64,000 bases of DNA, from positions 1 to 64,000 of the IMG/VR virus record IMGVR_UViG_3300036770_001413. The stretch is one strand, 5' to 3'. The notes under the pieces were generated by a model. The model saw nothing but the letters and a program-made list of their open reading frames with translations, ran no database searches and was not told the DNA's origin. Shown here in pieces: positions 27,487-37,435 of the stretch. How positions within the stretch are numbered: the first letter of the stretch is position 1; every line of letters starts with the position of its first letter. A program made the position numbers and the translations under genes. The DNA is from a virus.

Positions 27487-30400
27487 TACTGATATCTCCT
27501 TGATATATTTCTTTCTGGATTAGACTTTCTTTGCTCTAAAGCCATAGCAACCTTAAATTCTTCAAATAGCTGTCTGCCATTTGCGGGAGCTTCTGCAAAT
27601 TGCATGGTTACAGATCCTATCTTATATACTGAGCTGCCGCCATCTGGATTATATGGCATAGTTTGAACCATTGGTCCGCCATGCTCGTATCTTGGTATAT
27701 CATAGTTTAGCATAAGTCCGCCATTTTTCATACCATTAATTCTATCAAAGAATGGAACTCCTAATTTAGATACGGTATCTGCATTTACTATATATTCGCC
27801 ATTAGATACTCTTACCATTCCGCCATTTGCGTACATGCCAATTATTGAGTCTGATGTTTTAGTTCCTGGACCACGCAATAATCCTCCACTTGCATATTTA
27901 GCTCTATCTCCAAGCTTTTGATTTTTAGCATCAAAATTATATATTACTCCATTACTTTTATCTATTGCATAGGTTTTACCATTCCATTCAAAAACATCAA
28001 ATCCTGGCCCACCTGTTGCTGGTACGTAAGTTTGAGTCTTCTTGCCTGTTTGTGCTTGAGCTCCTGCTTCTTTTAATGTTTTAGATTTTACTGTTTGTTT
28101 TTCGGCGCCAAAAGTTTCTCCAGCTTTTGTTTTTCTATCCCCAGAATAATCTGCATCCATATCTATTTTTTTGCCGTCAACAATAATATTTCCAGTAGCC
28201 GTTACTGTAACACCTTTTTGTGCAACTATTGTAGTTATCTCTGAGCCATATTTGGAAAGAAGATCGGTGGCCATAGTGCCTATATCTTCTTTAAGTCTTC
28301 CCTGTGCAACATCTGGAAGGGAAGTTGTTGCGACAGTTTGACCAGTCCCTCTTACTGCGTCTACTAATTTACCTGCAAGACCTTTAAATTCATCAGATTG
28401 TTTAAAGTTTTCAAGATCATCTTTATTTAGATCCATCGCAACTTTAAGATTTGTCATTGCATCATTAACTGCATCTATTTTTTCTTTTTGCTTTTCAAGT
28501 CTTTTATTAATAGATTCAAGGCTTTCTGCAGCAAGGGCAGCTTTATTTGCAAGAGCATCTTGTGCGTTTTGTAATCTTTCTTTTTCAAGCTCAAGTGGCT
28601 TAATATCTTTTAGTCTACGCTCTTCAATTTGCTGTTCTGTTAATGTTACCTGTTGCTCATTCTGTAGCCTTTGTAACTCAATTTTAGCTGTTGCGGCCCC
28701 AGCAAAATCTCCAGCAGCTACTGCTTTTTCATATTCAAGTTGTTGCTGCTGGAGTCTAAGTGCCATGTCTTGCGCTTGAGCTTCCTCACGCAAGGCTTTC
28801 TTTCTAGCCTCAGCCTTATCATTAATTTTCTTTATTTCTTTATCTAAAGCTTTAAGTCGTTCTCTAGCATCAATTTGTTCTTTTACGCTTTGACCCTTTG
28901 CAGCGGCGGCTAAGTCGTCACGTTGCTTCTTGAGCTCTTTATAAGCTTTAGTTTCTGCCGATAGCAATCCTTTTTTGTTAACGGTTGCAACTGCTTGTGC
29001 TGTTGCTATCTGTAATTTATAGACAGCGTCTACTTGTTGTGCATTTAAATCGGCTAAGTCTCCTGTAAAGCCTCTAGCTACTAATCTTAGTTTTTGAAAT
29101 ACGCTTACAGCAGTATCTTGTGCATTTACAAATTTTTCAATTTCAGGATTTTGTTTCTTTAGGTTTTGTAATACGCCTTGACCTATTGATTCTTGACTCT
29201 TGACCTTGCTTGCAATGATATCAAGCATTTTTTGCTCTGCTTTATATCTGGCTTCGGTTTCATTAAATTCTTGCTTTTTCTTTTTAGCAGCCTTTTCGCT
29301 TTCTGAAACATAATCTTCTACGCCAGTATTAATTGCAGTTAACGCTGTATTTAATGCTGCCGCCTGATCTCTTGTATTCTCAAAATTCTTGGCATAATTA
29401 AATGATTGAAGAGCGCTAGCGGCGGCAGTCTGAGCATCTACTATTCCTCTAAATGCATCTGTATTTATTACGCTTACTGATTGTCCAGCTTTATTAGACA
29501 AATTAAATAATGTGTATATACGTTTTGCAGCTTCTTCTGCCGATAACCCTGCAGCCATTAATTGCTCTTTTAATTGAACAGCAACTCTTGCTGCGTCTGG
29601 GCGGGATGTGGCATTAATTACTTTAATTTGCTCCGCCATAGTTTCTTTTAATTCTTTTCTTAATTTCTTATATTCTTCAATAGTCATTTTAAATGGAGTA
29701 CCAGCAGATGCTAAACTTTCATATGTTATCATATTTTGATCAATCATAAGTTTTTGTGCAGCTACTGCGTCTTTAATTTTAGTATTATAATTAGTAAATT
29801 GAAGTCCTGCTTTTTCTGCAGATTCTGATGTTAGCCCGAATGCGGCGGCGCTTAATCTTTGAGTTTCGTTATAATTATCAAATGCTTTTTTAGCTAAAGC
29901 TGCTGATCCCGCCACTAGTCCTAACGCAACATTTAATCTAGTAATTCCAGCTAAAGCTTTTCCAATTATTGGAGTAAATCTTCCTGTGCTTTCCGCCATT
30001 CCTGCAATTGAACTTGCTGCTCTAGTTCCAGCAAATATGGACTGCTGTCTTCCAGGAATTGAAGGTACAGTAGAGGCTGCGAGCATAGGGTTCTGTGCAG
30101 ATATTGGCGACCCAAACATAAAGTTTGGATTTGGAACAGATGTCTGTATTCCTAATCTTTGTGAGGGGGTTATTCCAGAACGTCCCGCTCTTCCCATTAA
30201 CAAATCTGGAATCATATAGCCAAGCATTCCGCCCATCATTGATCCAGTTTGTCCAAATCTTGAACCTATTGTAGAACCCGCCATTGATCCTAATGAACCA
30301 AAAAGTAAACTTCTTAATATTCCGCTGCCTCTTACATTGCCACCAAATTGATATCTTGGAACCATGCCTCCTGATCCATACTTTTGTCCATTTTGTGAAG

Positions 30401-33400
30401 GAATCAAACCACCGACATTATATCCTGGGACCATTCCGCCATTGTTTGCACCAAATAGTTTTCCGTAAACTTTCGCCATACCAGAAGCAGAAGACCCAAC
30501 TGTTCCGCCTAAACTTGCGCCCTTATTTGCAAATGATTGTAATATTGCTAAATCTGATTCTGGCAGCCAGCTTTTATTTGATGTAACAGCAAATTGTGCA
30601 ATTGTTGGGAACGCTGTAAGCATTGATGTTGGATTAAACATTCTCTTTCCATCAATCTTGTGTCCTGTAATTTTTGAAGTATTAAAATAATCTAGAGTTG
30701 CATCATATAAAGCTCCTCTAGCTTTATCACTTAATCCTGGAATATGACCAAAGTATTTCTTTCCGCCTTGTATATCCATTGCATTAATTTTGTAAGTTTT
30801 TAAAGATTGTGGTCCATCAAAAGTTTTGCCTTCATATTTAAATTTAGCACCAAGTTTAGCAAGAAGTCCTGCTCTTGATACTCCGCCGCCTGCGTTATAT
30901 CCTGGAACCATGCCTCCACGATTAGCAGCAAATGCCCTAGTGTATGGTGATAATTCTCCTGCATTGCTAACTATTGCTGATTGTTCTGCTTTTTCAATTG
31001 CTTTTGCCCAAGCAAGCTCATCTATATTTGTAGAAGGCAATGAGCTCTTTAATTTACTTGCAGCATCATTAGCTATCTTTCTAGCTAGCTGTGAAGGTAT
31101 TCCTCGTGCTGACAAAAAGTCTAAAAGATTTGTCATCTGATAACCTTGTATGTTAGCAAAATCTGCTCTAGTTGCTGTTCCTGAACTTATTCTGTTGTTC
31201 AAGGCACCATCAATATGAACAACAGAACCTGGTAAAATTTGAGCTGTTCTTCCTTCTGCAATATATCTTTGTGCGGCAGATCTACGACTGCCTGTTGGAG
31301 TCATAGATCCAGTTAAAGTAAATCTATTATATACATCTTCAAAAGAACTTGTTGGATAAGCTCCCTGTGCAGTTCTAGAACCTATATTAGATATAAATCT
31401 CCTAGACACTCCATGAGCACCTATCATTGCTGATAAAGATGCTGCTTCTTCTTTAGTAAGATATCCAGACTCTTGAAGTCTTGGAATAGTTGTTCCGCCT
31501 CTTTTAGGGCTTCTTGACATTGCTTCAAAATTAAGTTGACCTGGAGTATACGCTTGCCTTCCAGATCTTTCTCCAGCCACTCTTAATCCAGAAATAGATC
31601 GTCTTCTTGTTTGCAATGCTCGCAGCAACGGTATAACTCCACCAATATTTCTTTGCACTGGAATAACTATGGCTCTTCCTTCATTAAGAGCTCTCATTCC
31701 ATCTGGATCTTGCTGTGCTACATCTCTACGAATTACAAATTCTCCTGGGGTAAGCATTGCAGGAACTACATCTGCGTTTACATTTGGACCAGGAACTTGA
31801 TTCCCATCATTATAAAATACTCCACCACCAGTATTTCTTTGAATAGGCCTTGTTGTCTCAATACTATATGGTCCACCAAAAGACTTAGTTCCAGTAGCTC
31901 TTCCCAAGCTTTCCATTACATCTAGGAATATTCCGCCACGATATGCACCACGAATATTTGGCTTGCCAGCAATATCAACTACAGGCTGATTTATTAAAGG
32001 CGCTTTTGTTAAATCAATTGTTCTGCCACGTGCTGCGGCATATGCAGAAACTTCAGCGCCCATCATTGCTTCAAGTTGAGCATTTACGGCTATAATTTGT
32101 GCACGTGCTTGCTGCACATTTATTGTTCCCGCTCTTAATTCTGCAACAATGCTAGCAGATTGCGCTGCCGCATTTGCAGTCAATCTTTGTGTGATTGGCA
32201 ATATGTCGTCAAATGTATCTAATAATTCTCTTGATACCTGTCCACCTAAGCCAATAGTTTTCTTTAATGCATCAATTTCTTGCTGGCTTTGAACTCCAAG
32301 TGTTGCCATAAGAGCTGCAAATTTAGCATGCTCTGCTGCAACAACTCCTGTCGATACTCCAGACACTGTGGTTAATCCTGGAACATCTGGAAGTCTTTCA
32401 GACATTAATATCTGTGGTGTTGCGCCAATCTTTCTATTTACTGGAACTGGCTGTAAGGTTAATCCAAATATACTTGAAGGATTATTAGGATCACGTGGAT
32501 TTAAATGTGCCGCCGCTCTTGTTTGTGGACCAACTAAAGGATGATTTGGATCTGTAACTCTTGGAGCCCCTAGACCTCCACCCACTGTCATTATTGGAGT
32601 TCCCGCTGCAGTTGCTATAGTTGCACCTAAAGCATTTGTTGTTGATGTTGCGTTAGAGGCGTTTGCCTGAAGGCCTTTTAGGTCTTCATTTAATCTTTTA
32701 ATTGCAAGACTTAAAGTATCAGCAGCTTTTGCATCACTATAGAACTCATCACTAAGCATTGAGCTAGCGTTTTTAGCTGCTATAATTTCTGGGGTTAGAA
32801 GTTGAAATCCTTCTGCGCCTCTAAATAAGGCTTTGAAATGTCCAAGTCCTTTAATAATATATCCAAAGAAGTTAGCAAGAACACCAGTAAGCATAATTAC
32901 TGGACCGATAATTGCTGTAAATGCTCCACCAAATGCCATTACCTTCTTTATTGGATCTGGTAATTTTTGAGCAAAGTCAAGGATTGCACTAAGAACATTG
33001 ATTAATTTAGTTCCTATATTTAGGAAGTCTTCTCCTACGCCTGCAAGATCTGCTTTAAGTCCTTCTACCGCTCTACGGAATCTTCCTGCTGCTGATTCTG
33101 TTACTGCCGCCAACTCTCGACCAGCCACTTGTTCTAGTTCTGCTACGCTGGCACCCATTAAATCTAAAACTTGTAGCGTCTGGCTGCCCTCTCTACCTAG
33201 GTTATTTAGTAAAGCGCTGATTCTTGCAAACTGAAACTTACCGAACATCTGTTCAATTGCTTGTGCTTTTGAAAGAGGATCAAGTTGATCTAATGCTGAT
33301 TGTAAATCTAAAAGTAATGAGGTTGTATCTCCTGCATTTGCTTTTACCATGCCAAGAATATCTATTCCAAAATCTTTCATTAAGCCAACGGTTTGTTTTG

Positions 33401-34553
33401 TTGGATTAATTAAAGAAGCTAATCCAGACTTAATAGCGTTAGCTGCTTCTGAAGCATTGATTCCGCCCTCTCGCATTGCTGTTAGATAAAGAGCAAGGTC
33501 CTGTATGTCTCCACCAAGACTTCTTACAACTGGACCTGCTTTTGGAATTGCAGTTACCAAATCATTTAGCGTTGTTGATGTTTGGTTTTCTACTGCGTTT
33601 AAAAAGTTAATTGATTGAGAAAGTTCTTCTGTATTTTGTTTAAATGCTGTTTGAATAGCAAGAGTTGCCTTCATGGCTTCTTGTCTATCAACTTCACCTA
33701 ATACTGCTAATCTTGTAGTTTCTGAAATTGAAGATAGGAGCTCGTCCCCTGTTTTTCCAGTAGCAGCAATATCAGCGGCAAGAGCAATTGTTTCTGAGAA
33801 ATTAACTCCCATTGCAGAGGATAGTTCTTTTGCGGTAGCAGAGACCTCATCTCTAATTCTAGATAACTCTTGTGCGGAAGTTCCAGCAACATCTCCATAA
33901 ACCTTAGTTAAACGGGTTAATTCTTGATCTGCTGTTTTAAATGCATCTGCTGCTGCTTTACCAAATGCTGCAAGTGGTAGTGTTAATCCTACTGTTAACT
34001 GACGTCCTGCCCATTGAGTATTTTTACCCCAGTTAATAAGCTGAACTCCACCATCCTGAATAACCTTATTCATTATCTGGAATTCTTGTCTTAGTAGAGA
34101 TGTTTTATTTTTTACTAAATCTAATCCTCTTGGAATATGTACGTTATATTGCATTAGCCCCTGGGCATTTTTACCTAGGGGTTGCAATACAGCATTTTGT
34201 AATTGAACTTGTTGCTTAGCGAGATCTCTGATTAATCCGCCGCTTGTTCTTGAATGTTCTTGATATGTTCTAAAATAATCTCTTAGCTTTAATCTTCCAC
34301 CATCTAGATTCTTGCCAAATTTTTCTACATCTGATGTTAGGCTTACAAAGTGTGAAGAAAATTGCCCAGTCTTGAGCATGTTCTGGTTGAACATTGCATT
34401 AGCTGCATCTATCTGACCAGCTAACGCTCTATTGGCACCAGCAAATTCTTGTTGAAGTTTGAATAGGCTGCTTGTAACTCGTTGCACATCGGCAATAAGA
34501 TTTGAAAAATCCGAATTTGCAACTATACTAGTTACAATTTTTTCGTCAGCCAT
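27486..34553 (-). CDS. Tape measure protein (2355 aa) with internal cargo regions
   Basis: Largest ORF after tail chaperones; TP901-like core (LTVGLTLPL...GINASEAANAIKSGL); DVVPAMLTPGEFV and GPGT.TSDSI motifs. Confidence 0.95.
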   Translation of the reverse strand: MADEKIVTSIVANSDFSNLIADVQRVTSSLFKLQQEFAGANRALAGQIDAANAMFNQNMLKTGQFSSHFVSLTSDVEKFGKNLDGGRLKLRDYFRTYQEHSRTSGGLIRDLAKQQVQLQNAVLQPLGKNAQGLMQYNVHIPRGLDLVKNKTSLLRQEFQIMNKVIQDGGVQLINWGKNTQWAGRQLTVGLTLPLAAFGKAAADAFKTADQELTRLTKVYGDVAGTSAQELSRIRDEVSATAKELSSAMGVNFSETIALAADIAATGKTGDELLSSISETTRLAVLGEVDRQEAMKATLAIQTAFKQNTEELSQSINFLNAVENQTSTTLNDLVTAIPKAGPVVRSLGGDIQDLALYLTAMREGGINASEAANAIKSGLASLINPTKQTVGLMKDFGIDILGMVKANAGDTTSLLLDLQSALDQLDPLSKAQAIEQMFGKFQFARISALLNNLGREGSQTLQVLDLMGASVAELEQVAGRELAAVTESAAGRFRRAVEGLKADLAGVGEDFLNIGTKLINVLSAILDFAQKLPDPIKKVMAFGGAFTAIIGPVIMLTGVLANFFGYIIKGLGHFKALFRGAEGFQLLTPEIIAAKNASSMLSDEFYSDAKAADTLSLAIKRLNEDLKGLQANASNATSTTNALGATIATAAGTPIMTVGGGLGAPRVTDPNHPLVGPQTRAAAHLNPRDPNNPSSIFGLTLQPVPVNRKIGATPQILMSERLPDVPGLTTVSGVSTGVVAAEHAKFAALMATLGVQSQQEIDALKKTIGLGGQVSRELLDTFDDILPITQRLTANAAAQSASIVAELRAGTINVQQARAQIIAVNAQLEAMMGAEVSAYAAARGRTIDLTKAPLINQPVVDIAGKPNIRGAYRGGIFLDVMESLGRATGTKSFGGPYSIETTRPIQRNTGGGVFYNDGNQVPGPNVNADVVPAMLTPGEFVIRRDVAQQDPDGMRALNEGRAIVIPVQRNIGGVIPLLRALQTRRRSISGLRVAGERSGRQAYTPGQLNFEAMSRSPKRGGTTIPRLQESGYLTKEEAASLSAMIGAHGVSRRFISNIGSRTAQGAYPTSSFEDVYNRFTLTGSMTPTGSRRSAAQRYIAEGRTAQILPGSVVHIDGALNNRISSGTATRADFANIQGYQMTNLLDFLSARGIPSQLARKIANDAASKLKSSLPSTNIDELAWAKAIEKAEQSAIVSNAGELSPYTRAFAANRGGMVPGYNAGGGVSRAGLLAKLGAKFKYEGKTFDGPQSLKTYKINAMDIQGGKKYFGHIPGLSDKARGALYDATLDYFNTSKITGHKIDGKRMFNPTSMLTAFPTIAQFAVTSNKSWLPESDLAILQSFANKGASLGGTVGSSASGMAKVYGKLFGANNGGMVPGYNVGGLIPSQNGQKYGSGGMVPRYQFGGNVRGSGILRSLLFGSLGSMAGSTIGSRFGQTGSMMGGMLGYMIPDLLMGRAGRSGITPSQRLGIQTSVPNPNFMFGSPISAQNPMLAASTVPSIPGRQQSIFAGTRAASSIAGMAESTGRFTPIIGKALAGITRLNVALGLVAGSAALAKKAFDNYNETQRLSAAAFGLTSESAEKAGLQFTNYNTKIKDAVAAQKLMIDQNMITYESLASAGTPFKMTIEEYKKLRKELKETMAEQIKVINATSRPDAARVAVQLKEQLMAAGLSAEEAAKRIYTLFNLSNKAGQSVSVINTDAFRGIVDAQTAAASALQSFNYAKNFENTRDQAAALNTALTAINTGVEDYVSESEKAAKKKKQEFNETEARYKAEQKMLDIIASKVKSQESIGQGVLQNLKKQNPEIEKFVNAQDTAVSVFQKLRLVARGFTGDLADLNAQQVDAVYKLQIATAQAVATVNKKGLLSAETKAYKELKKQRDDLAAAAKGQSVKEQIDARERLKALDKEIKKINDKAEARKKALREEAQAQDMALRLQQQQLEYEKAVAAGDFAGAATAKIELQRLQNEQQVTLTEQQIEERRLKDIKPLELEKERLQNAQDALANKAALAAESLESINKRLEKQKEKIDAVNDAMTNLKVAMDLNKDDLENFKQSDEFKGLAGKLVDAVRGTGQTVATTSLPDVAQGRLKEDIGTMATDLLSKYGSEITTIVAQKGVTVTATGNIIVDGKKIDMDADYSGDRKTKAGETFGAEKQTVKSKTLKEAGAQAQTGKKTQTYVPATGGPGFDVFEWNGKTYAIDKSNGVIYNFDAKNQKLGDRAKYASGGLLRGPGTKTSDSIIGMYANGGMVRVSNGEYIVNADTVSKLGVPFFDRINGMKNGGLMLNYDIPRYEHGGPMVQTMPYNPDGGSSVYKIGSVTMQFAEAPANGRQLFEEFKVAMALEQRKSNPERNISRRYQ

Positions 34554-34564
34554 TTACCTCTTTG

Positions 34565-34933
34565 TTACTCCTTAGAGTATCCAAGTCCTGCTCCGATACC
34601 AAATCCTGCTTCTGCAGCCATCGAGCCTTGCAAAGAAACCACATCATCTGTTGTGGCCTCTATGCCCATAGCCCTTAATCGGATATCTTCAAAGGTTGGA
34701 CCTTTTTGTTCTTGCTCATCTCTTAGGTCTATGCCCTTTAAAGATGCCAAGAATATTCTTTTTTCACTTTCATCCTTTTGCATTGATTCTATCGTTTGCA
34801 AAAGTTCTGGTAATGAAAGGCTTTCTTCTAGGTCTTGGTAGCTTTTCCAAGCTCCCAAAAGAAAAACTCTTTTTACTAGAGCGGCTAAATCTAGTTCTGA
34901 CCAGCCAGAACTGCTGCCGCTATTAGGTTTGGG
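34565..34933 (-). CDS. Tail assembly chaperone, -1 frameshift extension (gpGT-like)
   Basis: Slippery heptamer C CCA AAC at 34927-34933; -1 frame is open from there into ORF 34565-34858. Confidence 0.85.
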   Translation of the reverse strand, partial: PKPNSGSSSGWSELDLAALVKRVFLLGAWKSYQDLEESLSLPELLQTIESMQKDESEKRIFLASLKGIDLRDEQEQKGPTFEDIRLRAMGIEATTDDVVSLQGSMAAEAGFGIGAGLGYSKE

Positions 34934-35223
34934 TCGTCTAGTTTAATTCCTCCACAAACTTCGAGGATTCTATTAATTGTAGGAACATCTAAAGCTTCCT
35001 CAAGCTTGTCCCGATCTTTTATAAGTTCTGGAAGTTGTGTCTCTAATGCAATTGCACATGCGTCAATTAAAACACTTAGTGATTGATCTTCTGTTGTAGC
35101 CTCTTGGGCCTTATTCATAGCTGCCATAAATTTACGGAGCTGCTTAATAGATAGCGGTTTCAATTGAACCGTATCGCCATTTTGTAGTTTTATTTCTTCT
35201 ACGTCGTATACTGTAGTAGCCAA
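34891..35223 (-). CDS. Tail assembly chaperone (gpG-like)
   Basis: Between tail tube and TMP; TTG start with SD AGGAGG. Confidence 0.85.
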   Translation of the reverse strand: MATTVYDVEEIKLQNGDTVQLKPLSIKQLRKFMAAMNKAQEATTEDQSLSVLIDACAIALETQLPELIKDRDKLEEALDVPTINRILEVCGGIKLDDPNLIAAAVLAGQN

Positions 35224-35250
35224 TTTATCCTCCTATGGATAGTTATAAAC

Positions 35251-35259
35251 ATTATAACA
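35251..35259 (-). promoter_or_regulatory. Extended -10 promoter TGTTATAAT for chaperone-TMP unit
   Basis: Directly downstream of tail-tube terminator. Confidence 0.6.
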
Positions 35260-35282
35260 AATAGATTTTATTAACACAAGCA

Positions 35283-35311
35283 CAAAACCCCCGTATTTTA
35301 CGGGGGTTTTG
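35283..35311 (-). terminator. Intrinsic (bidirectional-looking) terminator after major tail gene
   Basis: CAAAACCCCCGTA-ttt-TACGGGGGTTTTG. Confidence 0.85.
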
Positions 35312-35328
35312 CAAATAGCCTAAATGAA

Positions 35329-36039
35329 TTAAGCTAGGATTCTATCAATAATCTTACCATACTCTGATCCGACGTAATTAGCGTCTGGAAGGAGACGGAA
35401 GGTCACTGGGAATGTGGTTGGGGTATTACGTGCTAGGGTGAACTGTGTCTGTTGTACAGAAAGAACACGACGAGCATAGTATACACGCTCAGAATTTGCT
35501 GATGACTCTGTGGCTGTTACAGTTTTGAATGTTGGAGCTTGTCCAACTGCAAATAGCTGACGCTCTGTTGGAGCAATTCCAAGAGCACCTGCCTCAAGAC
35601 CAAGAGTTAGGTCTCCTGCTGCACCGCTAGGGCCTGCATAGTTATCTGTTGATGCTGAACCATTCTTCTTAAGAGTTGATGCACCTTGTCCAAATACTGT
35701 TAGAACGTTTTGCAAAGTTCCTTCTGTCATTTCAGTCATAATCATGACCTGCATAGCAGACTTGAAAAGCTTTGCTGCGTCTAGCAACTGATCTACGGTA
35801 ACGTCTTCGAATGTTGGGTTATAAGTGATCTGAAGACCATTGTTTGTAAAACCAACATTACGAACCTTAGCTGAAGCAGTCAAAGCTGTTGAAGCTGTTG
35901 TACCACCTGTAAAGGTGATGTGTCCAGCATCTAGCAAGTTTTCGAAATCTGCTGCATAAGTTGCATCGGTTGAGTCTTTTGTAGAAATAAATACTGGGGC
36001 TGCACCGACGATGATGTTTTTAGCATTATTAAATGCCAT
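35329..36039 (-). CDS. Major tail (tube) protein
   Basis: NIIVGAA...VGFTNNGLQITY.P...VDQLLD...FPVTFRLLPD; own promoter and terminator. Confidence 0.88.
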   Translation of the reverse strand: MAFNNAKNIIVGAAPVFISTKDSTDATYAADFENLLDAGHITFTGGTTASTALTASAKVRNVGFTNNGLQITYNPTFEDVTVDQLLDAAKLFKSAMQVMIMTEMTEGTLQNVLTVFGQGASTLKKNGSASTDNYAGPSGAAGDLTLGLEAGALGIAPTERQLFAVGQAPTFKTVTATESSANSERVYYARRVLSVQQTQFTLARNTPTTFPVTFRLLPDANYVGSEYGKIIDRILA

Positions 36040-36111
36040 TGTTTCTACCTCCTATTTTAAAAAATTAATTGTTTGAGCTGGCTAGGCTCTTTCCTCTTTC
36101 CTCTATGTCCA

Positions 36112-36140
36112 ATTTTAAGGCATAGGAGGACAAAAGGCAA
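36112..36140 (-). promoter_or_regulatory. Promoter TTGCCT-N17-TAAAAT (late-type) for major tail gene
   Basis: Identical hexamers and spacing recur at 41745-41773. Confidence 0.75.
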
Positions 36141-36143
36141 ATA

Positions 36144-36659
36144 CTAGGTATATCGGCCAGAGGTATTGGTTATGCGAGAATATTTGATCTCAAGAATGAT
36201 ATCTGCCGAATAGAAACCCTGCATTTCCTGCGATGGCTCTGTCGGGGACATATCGTCAACATGAATACTATGGAATTTGAATTTCTGAGAATTGAAGTTT
36301 GCGGACAAATTGACATCTCTGGCAGATTCATCCATTCTTCTAAATTCATCTATCATGAAATTGCGGACTTCATTAATCTTGGAAACATCTGTTGAATATA
36401 CGGTAAATAGGATTTGCTCATTACAGATTAGCCATAGGGTGTCATATGAGACTCCGATTTTATCGTAGACTATATGGTCCTTCCCGCTCAAAAATTGATT
36501 CATATCTGGGATCTGTTGTACTGGGATAATAGGAACTAAAGTCTCTCCTATATTATCGCTATAATAATCGTCTGGGTTAAATATCTCTGCCGCCTGCAAT
36601 TTTGTCCAAATATATTTGCGAAGCTCAAGCATTGCGTCTAATTTATAATTAACTGTCAT
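36144..36659 (-). CDS. Tail terminator-like protein
   Basis: Position directly upstream of tail tube, size. Confidence 0.65.
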   Translation of the reverse strand: MTVNYKLDAMLELRKYIWTKLQAAEIFNPDDYYSDNIGETLVPIIPVQQIPDMNQFLSGKDHIVYDKIGVSYDTLWLICNEQILFTVYSTDVSKINEVRNFMIDEFRRMDESARDVNLSANFNSQKFKFHSIHVDDMSPTEPSQEMQGFYSADIILEIKYSRITNTSGRYT

Positions 36660-37435
36660 AATGATGCTCCGAATGCTGAAGTCAGGGCTGCGTCAGCCTG
36701 TACAGCAATTGTATTTGGATTAAATGTATATTTAACTGTTCTAATATCGGCGGGAACCCTAAGAGCCTTAGTCATAGCATTATTAAATAATCTTTGGAAT
36801 CCAGATTTCTTAATTGAGGCATTAACTAAATTACTCTTAAAGAATCTAGAATATGTCATCATAAATGAATTTTTGACACCCACTCCTCCAGGCCTTTTAA
36901 CGACCACAGAGGCTCCTTCTGGCATGAAGACCGTATAACCATTGGTCTCAAATACAAGGCGCTTAGAATGGCGTGGAGCAATTTTAAGGGGCATTCCAGC
37001 TTCCATCACAGAGGCTTTGCTTACAAATACATGTCTGCGATTACCCTCAGTTGAGGCAAATGTTTTTGAAGGCAGAAATTCATAAGAAATAGAAAATCCT
37101 AAACCTTCTGTATTTAATTTATTTAATTTAAATAATCTTGATCCTGAATCTCCGACCTGATTCCATTCATATACATGGTGAAGGGTTTTAGGCTTTACCC
37201 TAGCCTGAGAATCTACATATTCGCCAAAGTCTTTTTCTAATTGATTAAATATAACTTCTCTAAATTTATTTTTAAATGACGCATTTGTAGTCAGCTTGCT
37301 AATTACTTGGACATTGTAATATACGTATGCGGATATTTGAGCTACAAGGCTTTCTTTTAAAATGCCGCCCTTGGACTTAACCATGAGGTTTTGTAGTCCA
37401 CTAGCGGCCTGAATTAAGGGAGTGCTATAGTCCAA
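36656..37435 (-). CDS. Neck/tail-completion protein
   Basis: Position; LHHVYEW...KASVME.G pattern. Confidence 0.6.
   Translation of the reverse strand: MDYSTPLIQAASGLQNLMVKSKGGILKESLVAQISAYVYYNVQVISKLTTNASFKNKFREVIFNQLEKDFGEYVDSQARVKPKTLHHVYEWNQVGDSGSRLFKLNKLNTEGLGFSISYEFLPSKTFASTEGNRRHVFVSKASVMEAGMPLKIAPRHSKRLVFETNGYTVFMPEGASVVVKRPGGVGVKNSFMMTYSRFFKSNLVNASIKKSGFQRLFNNAMTKALRVPADIRTVKYTFNPNTIAVQADAALTSAFGASL

Noticed and set aside
31100-31430. His-Me finger nuclease in the first TMP cargo segment (AH...NN pattern)
   Set aside because: Pattern too weak to call by eye; left as unknown cargo
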